Source: an uncultured Candidatus Rokubacteria bacterium | Lineage (GTDB): Bacteria; Methylomirabilota; Methylomirabilia; Rokubacteriales; DASRDR01 | Assembly (NCBI GenBank): GCA_963826115.1 | Contig: CAWGVS010000006.1 | Location: 1,088,001-1,152,000, forward strand | Direction: 5' to 3' | Length of the DNA: 64,000 bases | Shown: positions 36,604-46,311 of the stretch, in pieces | How positions within the stretch are numbered: the first letter of the stretch is position 1 | Layout of the letters: each line of letters begins with the position of its first letter | Position numbers and translations under genes: made by a program | Notes under the pieces: model-generated | Seen by the model: only the letters and a program-made list of their open reading frames with translations | What the model was told of the DNA's origin: nothing | Databases searched by the model: none

Positions 36604-37929
36604 GTGCTCCTTCTTCCCGAGCGCTGCTTCGCCGCGGGCGCCCTCCACGACGGCTGGGCCGTCCGTGTCGAGGGGGGACGGATCGTGGCCGCGGGGCCCC
36701 GAGCGACGCTGCCGCCCGCGCCGGCCTCCTCGTCCGGAAGCGCGGAAGACGTCGTGTCGCTCCCCGGGCGGCTCCTCCTCCCCGGCGGCGTGAACGCCCA
36801 CAACCACTCCTTCCAGTCGCTTCTCCGGGGGTTCGGGGACGACCTCGACTTCATGGGCTGGCGCGACCGCGTCCTGTATCCGTTCTCGCGGCGGCTCGAC
36901 GCGCGGGGCATCGAGGTCGGGGCGGCGTTCGCGTTCGCCGAGATGCTGCGACACGGCATCACGACCGTCGTCGACTTCTTCTACGTGCAGGGCGGCGGCA
37001 ACGCGAACGCCGAGGCGGCCATCCGGGCGGCGAAGCGGGTCGGGATCCGGCTCGTGCTGGCGCGCGCCTTCTACGACTGGACGGGCGCGCCCCCGGAGTA
37101 CCGCGAGACGATCGCCGAGGCGAGTGACCGCTGTCGCGAGCTGATGGTCCGGTACGCCGGCGACCCGACGGTGAGCGTCCAGCCGGCGCCCCACAGCCTC
37201 CACGCCGCGTCCCCCGAGATGATCCGCGCGGCGGCGGCGGTCGCGGAGGACGCCGGCGTGCCGTTTCACATCCACGTCGCGGAGTACCGCGCCGAGCGCG
37301 AGCAGGTCGAGGCCCGGCATGGCGTCACCCCGGTGCGCTTCCTCGACCGCCTCGGCGTCCTGAGCCCCCGGCTGATCGGCGTCCACTGCGTGTGGCTGGA
37401 CGGCGGCGAGGTGGAGCTCATGGCCGAGCGGGGCGCGCGCGTTGCGTACTGCCCCTCGTCGAACATGATCCTGGGTGACGGGGTGACCCGGCTCAGGGAG
37501 ATGCGCGCGCTCGGCGTGCCCGTCGCCCTCGGCACGGACGGCGGCTGCACCAACAACCGGCTGTCGATCTTCGAGGAGATGCGGATGGCGGCCCTCCTCC
37601 AGAAGGTGACGCATCTCGACGGGACCGCCTTCGGCGCCGAGGAGGCGTTCCGGCTCGGGACGCTCGGCGGCGGTGAGGTGCTCGGCCTTCCGGTGGGGGA
37701 GATCGCGCCCGGCCGGCTCGGGGACCTGGTGGCCCTCGACCTCGGCCATCCGTCGCTCCATCCGCCGAACGCGCTCATGAAGAACGTGGTCTACGCGCTG
37801 TCGCCCCAGGCGATCACCGACGTGTGGGTGCACGGGCGCCGGGTGGTCCAGGACGGACGGCTCGCGACGCTCGACGAGGCGGCGCTCCTCCGCGAGGTGC
37901 GGACGCTCACGAGCGACTGGCGGATCTGA
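36604..37929 (+). CDS. Amidohydrolase (MtaD/SsnA-like deaminase family)
   Basis: NAHNH, APHS, HIHVAE, VHCV, LGTDG. Confidence 0.9.
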   Translation: MLLLPERCFAAGALHDGWAVRVEGGRIVAAGPRATLPPAPASSSGSAEDVVSLPGRLLLPGGVNAHNHSFQSLLRGFGDDLDFMGWRDRVLYPFSRRLDARGIEVGAAFAFAEMLRHGITTVVDFFYVQGGGNANAEAAIRAAKRVGIRLVLARAFYDWTGAPPEYRETIAEASDRCRELMVRYAGDPTVSVQPAPHSLHAASPEMIRAAAAVAEDAGVPFHIHVAEYRAEREQVEARHGVTPVRFLDRLGVLSPRLIGVHCVWLDGGEVELMAERGARVAYCPSSNMILGDGVTRLREMRALGVPVALGTDGGCTNNRLSIFEEMRMAALLQKVTHLDGTAFGAEEAFRLGTLGGGEVLGLPVGEIAPGRLGDLVALDLGHPSLHPPNALMKNVVYALSPQAITDVWVHGRRVVQDGRLATLDEAALLREVRTLTSDWRI

Positions 37930-37992
37930 TCACCCACGGTCAGTCGTCGCGGATCGACGTCCGCGGTCCGCCCTTGCTGAGCCGCTCCGCGG

Positions 37993-38021
37993 TTGACAGT
38001 CGCACGGGCGGCGCTTAGCTT
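37993..38021 (+). promoter_or_regulatory. sigma70 promoter
   Basis: TTGACA-17-TAGCTT; the ORF-track TTG start is the -35 box. Confidence 0.6.
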
Positions 38022-38028
38022 GCTAGGG

Positions 38029-39615
38029 GTGTCGTGCGACCAGCGTGGCGCGAGGCCACGATTCTGCCGATGGAGTGTCCTGGCCCTCGTTCTCCTCTCG
38101 GTAGGCTGGGTTGAACCGACGCCCGCGCAGGAACGAGTCGCGCCACGGAAGGGCGGCGTCCTCAAGGTCGCCCTGAATGCCGAGCCTCCCTCGCTCGATC
38201 TCCAATGGAGCACCGCACTGGCCACGCAGCAGATCGGGTGGCACATCTACGAGACGCTGTACACCCTCGATCGGCAGTTCAATCCCATCCCGCTCCTCGC
38301 CGAAGGCCACACCGTCTCCGATGGCGGCCGGCAGTACGTCATCAGGCTCCGCCGTGGAGTGCGATTCCACAACGGCCGCGAGATGACGTCGGCCGACGTC
38401 GTGGCCTCGCTCCGGCGATGGGGCCGCGTCTCCGCCGTCGGCAAGCTGGTGTGGTCGTCCGTCGTGTCCGCCGAGCCGTCCGGGCCTCACGCCATCACGC
38501 TGAGCCTCCGCGAGCCGTCGCACTCGCTCCTGAGCGTCCTCGCCCGGCCCGTCAACGCGGCGGCGATCCATCCCCAAGAGGTCATCGAGGCTGCGGGAGA
38601 CGGGCCGATCCGGGAGTTCATCGGCACGGGTCCCTTCCGCTTCGTCGAGCACCGACCCGATCAGTACGTTCGCGTGGCGCGCTTCGACGACTACGCGGCT
38701 CGATCCGAGCCGCCCGACGGCTACGGCGGCCAGCGCACCGCGTACGTGGACCAGATCCTCTTCATGCCGGTGACCGAGGCGTCTACGCGGCTGAATGGCG
38801 TCGAGAGCGGGGAGTACCACTACGCGCACCAGATCGCCCCCGAGTCCTACGAGCGCGTGCTCCGGAGCGCGGAGATCGAGGCGCAGATCGTGAAGCCCGC
38901 GATCTGGCCGGCGGTGGTCCTCAACCATCGCCAGGGGCTCATGACGTCGAAGAAGATCCGGCAGGCGTTCCAGGTGGCGCTCGACATGGAGCCGATACTG
39001 GCCGCCGGCATCGGCCACCGGGCCTTCTACCGGGTGGACGGCGGGCTGTTCTTTCCCGAGCAGCCCCTCTGGCGCTCGACCGGCGGCCTCGCCGCCTACG
39101 ATCAGAAGAATCGCGCGAAGGCGAGCCAGTTGCTCCGGGAGGCCGGCTACCGCGGCGAGCCGGTCCGCTGGCTGACCACGCGGGACTACGAGCACATGTA
39201 TCGGACCGCGGTCGTGGTCAAGCAGCAGGTCGAGGACGCGGGATTCGTCGTCGACCTGCAGGTCGTGGACTCGGCGACGATGATCAAGCGCCGGAGCGTG
39301 CCCGAGCTGTTCGACGCCTTCTCGACGGCGTTCGGCTTCAGCCCGGACCCGGCTCTGAGCTCGGCTCTCGCCTGCGCCTGGCCGGGCTGGTGGTGCAACG
39401 AGGAGAAGGAGCGCCTGCTCCGCCAGGTCAATCGAACGGGCGACCTCCGCGAGCGACAGGCGCTGATGGACAAGATCCAGGTGCTGTTCTATGAGGACGT
39501 CGGTCGGGTCAAGCTCGGTGACGCCTTCTGGCTCGACGTCTCCCGCAAGGAGGTGCGCGGCGTGCGCGCGACCTACGATCTCGCCTTCTGGAACGTGTGG
39601 CTTGCCGCGCCCTGA
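38029..39615 (+). CDS. ABC transporter substrate-binding protein, family 5 (DppA/OppA-like)
   Basis: IYETL, PLLAE, LRRGVRFHNG, IGTGPF; start re-picked at GTG 38029. Confidence 0.9.
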   Translation: MSCDQRGARPRFCRWSVLALVLLSVGWVEPTPAQERVAPRKGGVLKVALNAEPPSLDLQWSTALATQQIGWHIYETLYTLDRQFNPIPLLAEGHTVSDGGRQYVIRLRRGVRFHNGREMTSADVVASLRRWGRVSAVGKLVWSSVVSAEPSGPHAITLSLREPSHSLLSVLARPVNAAAIHPQEVIEAAGDGPIREFIGTGPFRFVEHRPDQYVRVARFDDYAARSEPPDGYGGQRTAYVDQILFMPVTEASTRLNGVESGEYHYAHQIAPESYERVLRSAEIEAQIVKPAIWPAVVLNHRQGLMTSKKIRQAFQVALDMEPILAAGIGHRAFYRVDGGLFFPEQPLWRSTGGLAAYDQKNRAKASQLLREAGYRGEPVRWLTTRDYEHMYRTAVVVKQQVEDAGFVVDLQVVDSATMIKRRSVPELFDAFSTAFGFSPDPALSSALACAWPGWWCNEEKERLLRQVNRTGDLRERQALMDKIQVLFYEDVGRVKLGDAFWLDVSRKEVRGVRATYDLAFWNVWLAAP

Positions 39616-39640
39616 AATCGTCGACGATGTCCTGATCGGG

Positions 39641-41221
39641 GTGCGGTTCCTCCGGGGCTTCCCCGGATTTCTCCGTCATCCCATCGATCCACCGCGGGCC
39701 CGCCAGATCCTCGATCGGCGCTTCAGAGAGCGCGCGGCGGGCTTCCTTACCGTCGTGCGCGAGGGCGCGTATCGACGCCCCGGCAGCCCCTATCACCGTC
39801 TCCTGACGGCCGCCGGCTGCGAGTACGGAGACCTCGAGCGGCTCGCGCGCCAGGAGGGTGTGGATGGCGCGCTGGAGAGGCTCCTGCGCGAGGGCGTTTA
39901 CGTGACGCTCGACGAGTTCAAGGGGCGGCGCCCCATCGTGCGCGGGTCCGTGACCTTCACCACCGACCCGACGCAGTTCCGCAACCCCATGTCGGGAGCC
40001 CACGTCGCGTTCCCCTCCGGCGGAAGCCGTGGCAAGGCCACCCCGATCCTCTTCGATTTCGCGTTCATCCGGGATCTCAGCGTCAACACCTGCGTCATCC
40101 TGAGCGAGCTCGGCGGGCTGGGGTGGACGCGGGCATGCTGGGACGTCCCAGGCAGCGGCGTGATGATCCGCGTCCTCGACTTCGCCAGCCTCGGCCTGCG
40201 CCTGGACCGCTGGTTCTCGTACGTCGACCCGGGACTCCCGAGCCTCCCGCGACGCTACCGCTGGAGCTTCCGGACGGTGTGCTGGGGCAGCCGGATGGCG
40301 GGCCGTCCGATCCCGCACCCGGTTCACGTGCCGCCCGACGACCCGCTGCCGGTCGCGCGATGGATGACGTCCGTGCTCCAGGGGGGCGGCACGCCGCATC
40401 TCCTCACGTATGCGACCTCGGCGGTGCGGCTGTCGCAGGCCGCGATCGGGGCGGGGCTGGACCTGCACGGCGCGCGCATCTGGGTGGGCGGCGAGCCCTT
40501 GACGCCGGCCCGCGCGGCGAGCATTCGCCAGTCCGGCGCCCACCCGTTCACGCGGTACGCCACCATGGAATCGGGCGCCATCGCGGCGAACTGTTTTTCC
40601 CCGGAGACCTCCGACGACGTCCACGTGTACGAGGACCTCCACGCGGTGATTCAGCCGGACGCCGCGGCGTCCGGCGTCGGAGTTCCCGCGGACGCCCTGT
40701 TCGTTTCGTCGATCCGGCCCACGGCCCCCCTTATCCTGATCAACGCCTCGACCGGGGACCGGGCGATGCGCTCGAAGCGCGCGTGCGGCTGCCCGCTGGA
40801 GCGGCGGGGGTGGACAACTCACCTGCGCAGCATCCGTAGCTTCGAGAAGCTCACGGCCGGCGGCATGACCTTCCTGGATGCGCACGTGGTCCAGGTGCTC
40901 GAGGAGACGCTCCCCGCGCGCTTCGGCGGCGGTCCGACGGACTACCAGCTCCTCGAGGACGAGACCGCCAGCGGGCACCCTCGACTCCGGCTGCTCGTCC
41001 ACCCCCGGCTGTCCGGCATCGACCCGGCGGACGTGGTCCGCGTCTTCCTCGAGTCGCTCGGCGCCGGTTCCGCGCCGGAGCAGATGATGGAGCGCGTCTG
41101 GCAGGACTCCGCGTTCGTCACGGTCGAGCGCGCCGTCCCGCGCGTCACGGCGGCGGGCAAGGTCCAGCACGTTCACGTCGAGCGAGGGCCCGCGGTCCAG
41201 CGGGCGGGGAGCGCGCGATGA
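39641..41221 (+). CDS. Phenylacetate-CoA ligase / CapK-like adenylate-forming protein
   Basis: SGGSRG P-loop, GGEPL, YATME, LINASTGD, CGC; start uncertain. Confidence 0.6.
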   Translation: MRFLRGFPGFLRHPIDPPRARQILDRRFRERAAGFLTVVREGAYRRPGSPYHRLLTAAGCEYGDLERLARQEGVDGALERLLREGVYVTLDEFKGRRPIVRGSVTFTTDPTQFRNPMSGAHVAFPSGGSRGKATPILFDFAFIRDLSVNTCVILSELGGLGWTRACWDVPGSGVMIRVLDFASLGLRLDRWFSYVDPGLPSLPRRYRWSFRTVCWGSRMAGRPIPHPVHVPPDDPLPVARWMTSVLQGGGTPHLLTYATSAVRLSQAAIGAGLDLHGARIWVGGEPLTPARAASIRQSGAHPFTRYATMESGAIAANCFSPETSDDVHVYEDLHAVIQPDAAASGVGVPADALFVSSIRPTAPLILINASTGDRAMRSKRACGCPLERRGWTTHLRSIRSFEKLTAGGMTFLDAHVVQVLEETLPARFGGGPTDYQLLEDETASGHPRLRLLVHPRLSGIDPADVVRVFLESLGAGSAPEQMMERVWQDSAFVTVERAVPRVTAAGKVQHVHVERGPAVQRAGSAR

Positions 41222-42210
41222 AGTTCGGGTTCATTCCGACCGAGGGCGGGCACATGGCCCGCGAGGCGCTGGCGGAGGTCGACCACGCCGAGGCGCTGGG
41301 GCTCGACTCCGTCTGGATGGAGGAGCACCACGGCGTCCGCGGTCACTACTGGCCGTCGCCGCTGGTCGTGCTCGCGGGCTTCGCGGCGCGCACGTCCCGC
41401 ATGCTCCTCGGCACCGACGTCGTGGTGCTGCCGTTCTACGACCCGGTGCGCGCGGCGGAGGACGCGGCGATGGTGGACGTGCTGTCGGGCGGGCGGCTCG
41501 TGTTCGGCGCCGCGATCGGGTACCGCCCGGACGAGTTCGCCCTCTACCGCACGCCGCTCGAGAAGCGCGGGGCGCGGTTCGAGGAGGCTCTCGAGCTCAT
41601 CCGCGCCCTGTGGACCCAGGACTCGGTCAACCATCCGGGCCCGCACTATCCGCTCCAGAACGCGCGCCTCGAGCCGAAGCCCATCCAGCGGCCGCACCCG
41701 CCCATCTGGATCGGCGGCTGGGGCGAGCTGATGATCCGCCGCGCGGCGCGGCAGGCCGACGCGTGGGTGCCCGGCCCGACGGCCCATCTCCAGAAGCTGC
41801 TCGACGGGAAGGCGCGCTACCAGGCCGAGCTACGGGCGGCGGGCCGTCCCGACCCGGCGGAGTGGCCGCTCACGCGCGACACCGTGATCGCCGACACCGA
41901 CGCCGAGGCCCTCGAGCTCGCCGAGCGCCACCTCCTGGTGAACTATCGCGACGAGTACGGCGGGGGGCGCTGGAAGCACCCGCTGATCGGCGCGGAGGAC
42001 GCCACGCCCGTCGACCAGCTCGACGCCTTGGGGAGGGACCGCTTCATCATCGGCGGGCCCGAGCGGTGTCGCGCCCAGGTCCGCCGCTTCGTCGAGGCGT
42101 TCGGGGCGACGCACGTCATCTTCCGGCTCTACTTCCCCGGGATGCCCCACCGCCACATCCTCCGGGAGCTGGAGCTGATCGCCCGGGAGGTCGTCCCCGC
42201 CTTCCGCTGA
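41218..42210 (+). CDS. LLM-class flavin-dependent oxidoreductase
   Basis: WMEEHH, LSGGRL.FG.AIGYR..EF, PPIWIGG. Confidence 0.9.
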   Translation: MKFGFIPTEGGHMAREALAEVDHAEALGLDSVWMEEHHGVRGHYWPSPLVVLAGFAARTSRMLLGTDVVVLPFYDPVRAAEDAAMVDVLSGGRLVFGAAIGYRPDEFALYRTPLEKRGARFEEALELIRALWTQDSVNHPGPHYPLQNARLEPKPIQRPHPPIWIGGWGELMIRRAARQADAWVPGPTAHLQKLLDGKARYQAELRAAGRPDPAEWPLTRDTVIADTDAEALELAERHLLVNYRDEYGGGRWKHPLIGAEDATPVDQLDALGRDRFIIGGPERCRAQVRRFVEAFGATHVIFRLYFPGMPHRHILRELELIAREVVPAFR

Positions 42211-42265
42211 GCGTCCGGGCGGCGCGGAGCGGATCGTCGCACGCGCGAGGCGTACAATACCCGGG

Positions 42266-44704
42266 ATGCGCCGCAACGCGCTGTTCTGGAGCATCCTCGT
42301 CCTCGCCCTCGCCGTCGGTGTCGTGGCCACCCTCGATCGGTACGGGCGCCTGGGCCGTACCTTCGCGGGCTTCTGGGTCCTGGAGAACCTCCTCGTCGCG
42401 GTCGGCGGCCCCGAGCGAGGGCCGCTCGAGCCCTTCGACGTCGTCCGGGCCATGAACGGGCAGGTGCTCGAGAGCGGCCGGGACATCCAGACGACGATCG
42501 AGAGCCAGGATCCGCGGACGACCTTCCACTACATCATCTACCGGCGCGGTCAGCTGGTCGAGGCGGACGTCACCACGCGCCTCTACGCACGGCGCGACTT
42601 CGCGCGGTTCCTGATCGAGGGCGCGCTCCAGGGCCTGCTCCAGCTCGCGATCGGCGCCATCGTGTTCCTGCTCCGTCCCGGGCACCCGAAGAGCTGGCTG
42701 TTCCTGAGCTTCCTGCTGATCGCCTACGTCGTGAACATCACGTTCGCCGACGCCCACACCACGTACCGCTTCACCGAGCTGTTCCTGACGGCCTGGGCGT
42801 TCTGGCCCGCGACGTTCCTGCACCTCGCCCTGACGTTCCCGCAGCGCCGGGGGATCGTGCGCCGCTTCCCGCGGGTCGTCTGGCTGCCCTACCTGGCCTC
42901 GGCGCTCGTCGCGGCGTTGATGGTGCTCCCGCTCCCGCACCGGGACGTGCGGATCCTGCTCGCCGTGCCGATCGCCGGCGCCGCCTACTGGGGCGTCGCG
43001 CTGATCCTGCTCGTGCTGTCGCTCGCCCGCGCCAGCGTCGTGGGAGGCACCCCGCTGATCCGCCAGCGGGCCCGGATCCTGTGCGCCGCGTTCGTCCTCG
43101 GCTACGTCCCGCCGATCCTCGGGACCGCCGCGGAGGCGGTGTTCCAGGTGACGGTGCCGTACCTGAACGAGATGTGGAAGCTGACGCTCCTGTTCCCCAT
43201 CGTGATGGCGTACGCGATGGTCCGCTACGACCTCTTCGACGTGCGCGCCGCCATCCGGGCCGGCGCCGTCTACTCCGCGGTGACGGGACTCGTCGTGCTC
43301 GCCTACACCGGCGCGATCGCGGCGATGGACATCCTCCTCGCGAACTGGGAGGCCGCGCAGTCGCCCATCGTCGCCGCCGCGGTGATGGCGGTGCTGGTCG
43401 TGGTGCTGCTGAACCCGCTGTACCTCCGCTCCCAGCGGCTGGTCGACCGGCTCTTCTTCCGGCAGCGCGTCGACGTCCAGCGGTCGATCGAGCGCGTGTC
43501 GGAGGTCATGAGCGGGCTCCTCGACCTGCGCCGGATCGTGGAGCTGCTCACCCAGACGGTCGAGGAGCAGATCCATCCCGACCGCCAGGAGCTCTATCTG
43601 TTCGACGCGCGCACGCAGGGCTACGCGCAGGCGGACCGGGACGAGGCCGACGAGCGGGACGGCCGGCCCCCGGTCGATGCCGGGTCGCCGCTGGTCCGGT
43701 GTCTCGACCTCCGCCGCCAGCCCCTGACGCGCGAGCGCGTCGAGGAGGACCCGGCGCTCGAGGAGTACCGGACCGGCTGCCTCCACGCGATGGACGGGCT
43801 CGGCGCGACCATGGTGGTCCCGTTCCTGTTCCAGGGCCGCGTGACCGGCTTTCTGGCTCTCGGCCCGAAGCGCTCCGGTCTCGGCTACTCGAGCCAGGAC
43901 GTGGGACTCCTCCGCCTCCTGGCGAACTCGAGCGCGCTGGCCCTCGAGCACGCGCGGGCGTACACGGCGCTCCAGGAAACGAACGTCGAGCTGAGCGCCG
44001 CGATCCGCCGGGTCGAGATCCTCGAGAGCATCCGCGCGAACCTGGCGAAGTTCGTGCCCCGGACCGTGCAGGACCTGATCGAGCGCGCGCCGGAGGCGCC
44101 CGAGTTCGACAAGCGGGAGACGAACGTGACGGTGCTGTTCGTCGACCTGGTCGGCTACACGCGGCTCACCGAGCGCCTCGAGCCCGGCCGGGTCAACGAG
44201 CTGGTGGAGCGGTGCTTCGGCGCGTACCTCGACGAGATCCTGCGGCGCGGGGGCGACGTGAACGAGACGGCGGGCGACGGCCTCATGGCCATCTTCCGAG
44301 ACGGCGACGCCAGCCAGCACGCGCGGCAAGCGGTGAAGTGCGCCCTCGGAATCCTGCGCCGGACGCGCCAGCTGAACGACGCGCTCCACGGGCTTCCCGA
44401 GCCGCTCGCGGTCCACGTCGGCGTGAACTCGGGTCTGGCCACCGTGGGGGCGACCAAGATCGAGGGCGTCAACGGCACGCGGTGGACCTACACCGCCTCG
44501 GGCCAGGTGACCATCGTCGCCGCGCGCCTGGCGGCGCTCGCCCGGCGCGACGAGATCCTGATCGGGGCGGGCACCCGCGAGCCGCTGGGCGACGAGTTCT
44601 CGTTCGAGGGTCTGGGGGAGCGGCCCCTCCGGAACGTCGAGGCGCCCGTCCGCGTGTTCCGTCTGGCGCTGCCCGAGCCCGTCTCCGCGGCGGTCACCGC
44701 CTGA
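42266..44704 (+). CDS. Membrane-bound class III nucleotidyl cyclase (PDZ-like, multi-TM, GAF, cyclase)
   Basis: LFVDLVGYT, ETAGDGLMA, HVGVNSG, AARL. Confidence 0.88.
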   Translation: MRRNALFWSILVLALAVGVVATLDRYGRLGRTFAGFWVLENLLVAVGGPERGPLEPFDVVRAMNGQVLESGRDIQTTIESQDPRTTFHYIIYRRGQLVEADVTTRLYARRDFARFLIEGALQGLLQLAIGAIVFLLRPGHPKSWLFLSFLLIAYVVNITFADAHTTYRFTELFLTAWAFWPATFLHLALTFPQRRGIVRRFPRVVWLPYLASALVAALMVLPLPHRDVRILLAVPIAGAAYWGVALILLVLSLARASVVGGTPLIRQRARILCAAFVLGYVPPILGTAAEAVFQVTVPYLNEMWKLTLLFPIVMAYAMVRYDLFDVRAAIRAGAVYSAVTGLVVLAYTGAIAAMDILLANWEAAQSPIVAAAVMAVLVVVLLNPLYLRSQRLVDRLFFRQRVDVQRSIERVSEVMSGLLDLRRIVELLTQTVEEQIHPDRQELYLFDARTQGYAQADRDEADERDGRPPVDAGSPLVRCLDLRRQPLTRERVEEDPALEEYRTGCLHAMDGLGATMVVPFLFQGRVTGFLALGPKRSGLGYSSQDVGLLRLLANSSALALEHARAYTALQETNVELSAAIRRVEILESIRANLAKFVPRTVQDLIERAPEAPEFDKRETNVTVLFVDLVGYTRLTERLEPGRVNELVERCFGAYLDEILRRGGDVNETAGDGLMAIFRDGDASQHARQAVKCALGILRRTRQLNDALHGLPEPLAVHVGVNSGLATVGATKIEGVNGTRWTYTASGQVTIVAARLAALARRDEILIGAGTREPLGDEFSFEGLGERPLRNVEAPVRVFRLALPEPVSAAVTA

Positions 44705-44758
44705 GCGGCGCGCCCGCGCGGGCGCCGGCCGATCGAGAGGACCAGGCGGCGCGCGGCC

Positions 44759-45325
44759 TCAGCCGCGCTCCATCGTCCAGAACTCGGCCCCGAAGTGGTC
44801 CCACGGCAGGCGCCACTCGTCGGTCCGGTCTCGATCCGCGGTGAAGAACCGGTTGACGGCGTAGATGATGGTCTGCGGCGTCGCACCGAGGTTCGCCAGT
44901 CCGTGCGCCACGCCGCGAGGGATCAGCAGGCGATGGCAGTGTCCGCCGCCCAGGACCAGGCGCTGGGGCGTCCGGGCCTCGTTGCGGTCGTCGCGCCGGA
45001 CGTCGGCCAGCCCGACGAGGAGCGTCGAGTCGGGCGGCACGATGAAGAGGTCGTCCTGATCCATGTGGACGTGCCACGCCTTCACGGCGCCGGGCTGGAG
45101 CAGGCTCCAGTTCCACTGGATCGGCCGGAACGCGGCGAGTCCCTGGATGCCGCCGTCCTCCGCGATCCGGGCCATCTCGGTGAAGAGACCGTCCGCGCTC
45201 CGCGAGACCGCCACCTCGGACAGCTCGACGCCGGGGATCGGTGCGCGCGGCGCGTAGGACTGGCGGGTGAGCCGCTTCCGCGCCTCCTCGACAAGGTCGT
45301 CCGGCGTGAGAGGTCGGGGTTCCAT
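44759..45325 (-). CDS. dTDP-4-dehydrorhamnose 3,5-epimerase family cupin (RmlC-like)
   Basis: G.FTE, KAWHVH..QDD, LIPRGVAHG. Confidence 0.8.
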   Translation of the reverse strand: MEPRPLTPDDLVEEARKRLTRQSYAPRAPIPGVELSEVAVSRSADGLFTEMARIAEDGGIQGLAAFRPIQWNWSLLQPGAVKAWHVHMDQDDLFIVPPDSTLLVGLADVRRDDRNEARTPQRLVLGGGHCHRLLIPRGVAHGLANLGATPQTIIYAVNRFFTADRDRTDEWRLPWDHFGAEFWTMERG

Positions 45326-45586
45326 TGCAGGGGAATCTTACCATCGCGCCGGGTGCTACCTCGACCGGCGCGCGTGAGCGGGGCCGGCCCCGCTACCCGT
45401 CGGCGTAGGTCGGCGTAGAGGGCGTCGCCGGCCGATCGGTCTCGGCTCTGCGGTCGGGCGGCGACGTGAGATCGCGCTCGGACCGCGGGGCGTGCATGCG
45501 CCATCCCACCGCACCGGGTCCAGACACCCGCTCCGACGGCGCCGTCGATTGCGAGGCCACGGAGCGACGGGTAGGATGGGCGCACC

Positions 45587-46309
45587 ATGCACCTCCTCTC
45601 CGCCGACGCCCTGCTCGGTCTCGCCACGCTCACCCTCATGGAGATCGTGCTGGGCATCGACAACGTCGTGTTCATCGCGATCCTGGTGACGAAGCTGCCG
45701 GCCAACCAGCAGGCGCTCGCGCGTCGGCTCGGCCTGACGCTGGCGCTCGGCATCCGCATCCTGCTGCTCCTGGCCATCTCGTGGATCATGGGGCTGACCC
45801 GGCCGCTCATCACCGTCACCTCGTTCGAGCTGTCGGGCCGGAGCCTCATCCTGCTGGGCGGGGGGCTCTTCCTCATCTTCAAGGCGACGCGGGAGATCTA
45901 CGAGAAGGTCGAGGGCGAGCCCCACGAGGCGAGCGCCGGCCGGCCGCGCGCCGTGTTCGGCTGGGTCCTCCTCCAGATCCTCTTCCTCGACATCGTGTTC
46001 TCGCTCGACTCCGTGATCACCGCCATCGGCATGGCGGACCAGGTCTCCATCATGGTCATCGCGATGGTCCTGGCCATGCTCGTGATGCTGGTGTCCGCGG
46101 GGGCCCTCAGCGCGTTTGTCGAGCGGCACCCGAGCGTGAAGATCCTCGCGCTCGCCTTCCTGCTCCTCATCGGGGTGATGCTGGTGGCCGAGGGCATGGG
46201 TACCCACATGGCGAAGGGCTACGTGTACTTCGCGATGGCGTTCTCCCTCCTGGTCGAGATGCTGAACATGCGCTACCGGCGCCGCCAGGGCGGCCGGCGG
46301 CACGCCTGA
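45587..46309 (+). CDS. TerC family membrane protein
   Basis: MEIVLGIDNVVFI, DIVFSLDSVITA. Confidence 0.92.
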   Translation: MHLLSADALLGLATLTLMEIVLGIDNVVFIAILVTKLPANQQALARRLGLTLALGIRILLLLAISWIMGLTRPLITVTSFELSGRSLILLGGGLFLIFKATREIYEKVEGEPHEASAGRPRAVFGWVLLQILFLDIVFSLDSVITAIGMADQVSIMVIAMVLAMLVMLVSAGALSAFVERHPSVKILALAFLLLIGVMLVAEGMGTHMAKGYVYFAMAFSLLVEMLNMRYRRRQGGRRHA

Positions 46310-46311
46310 CG

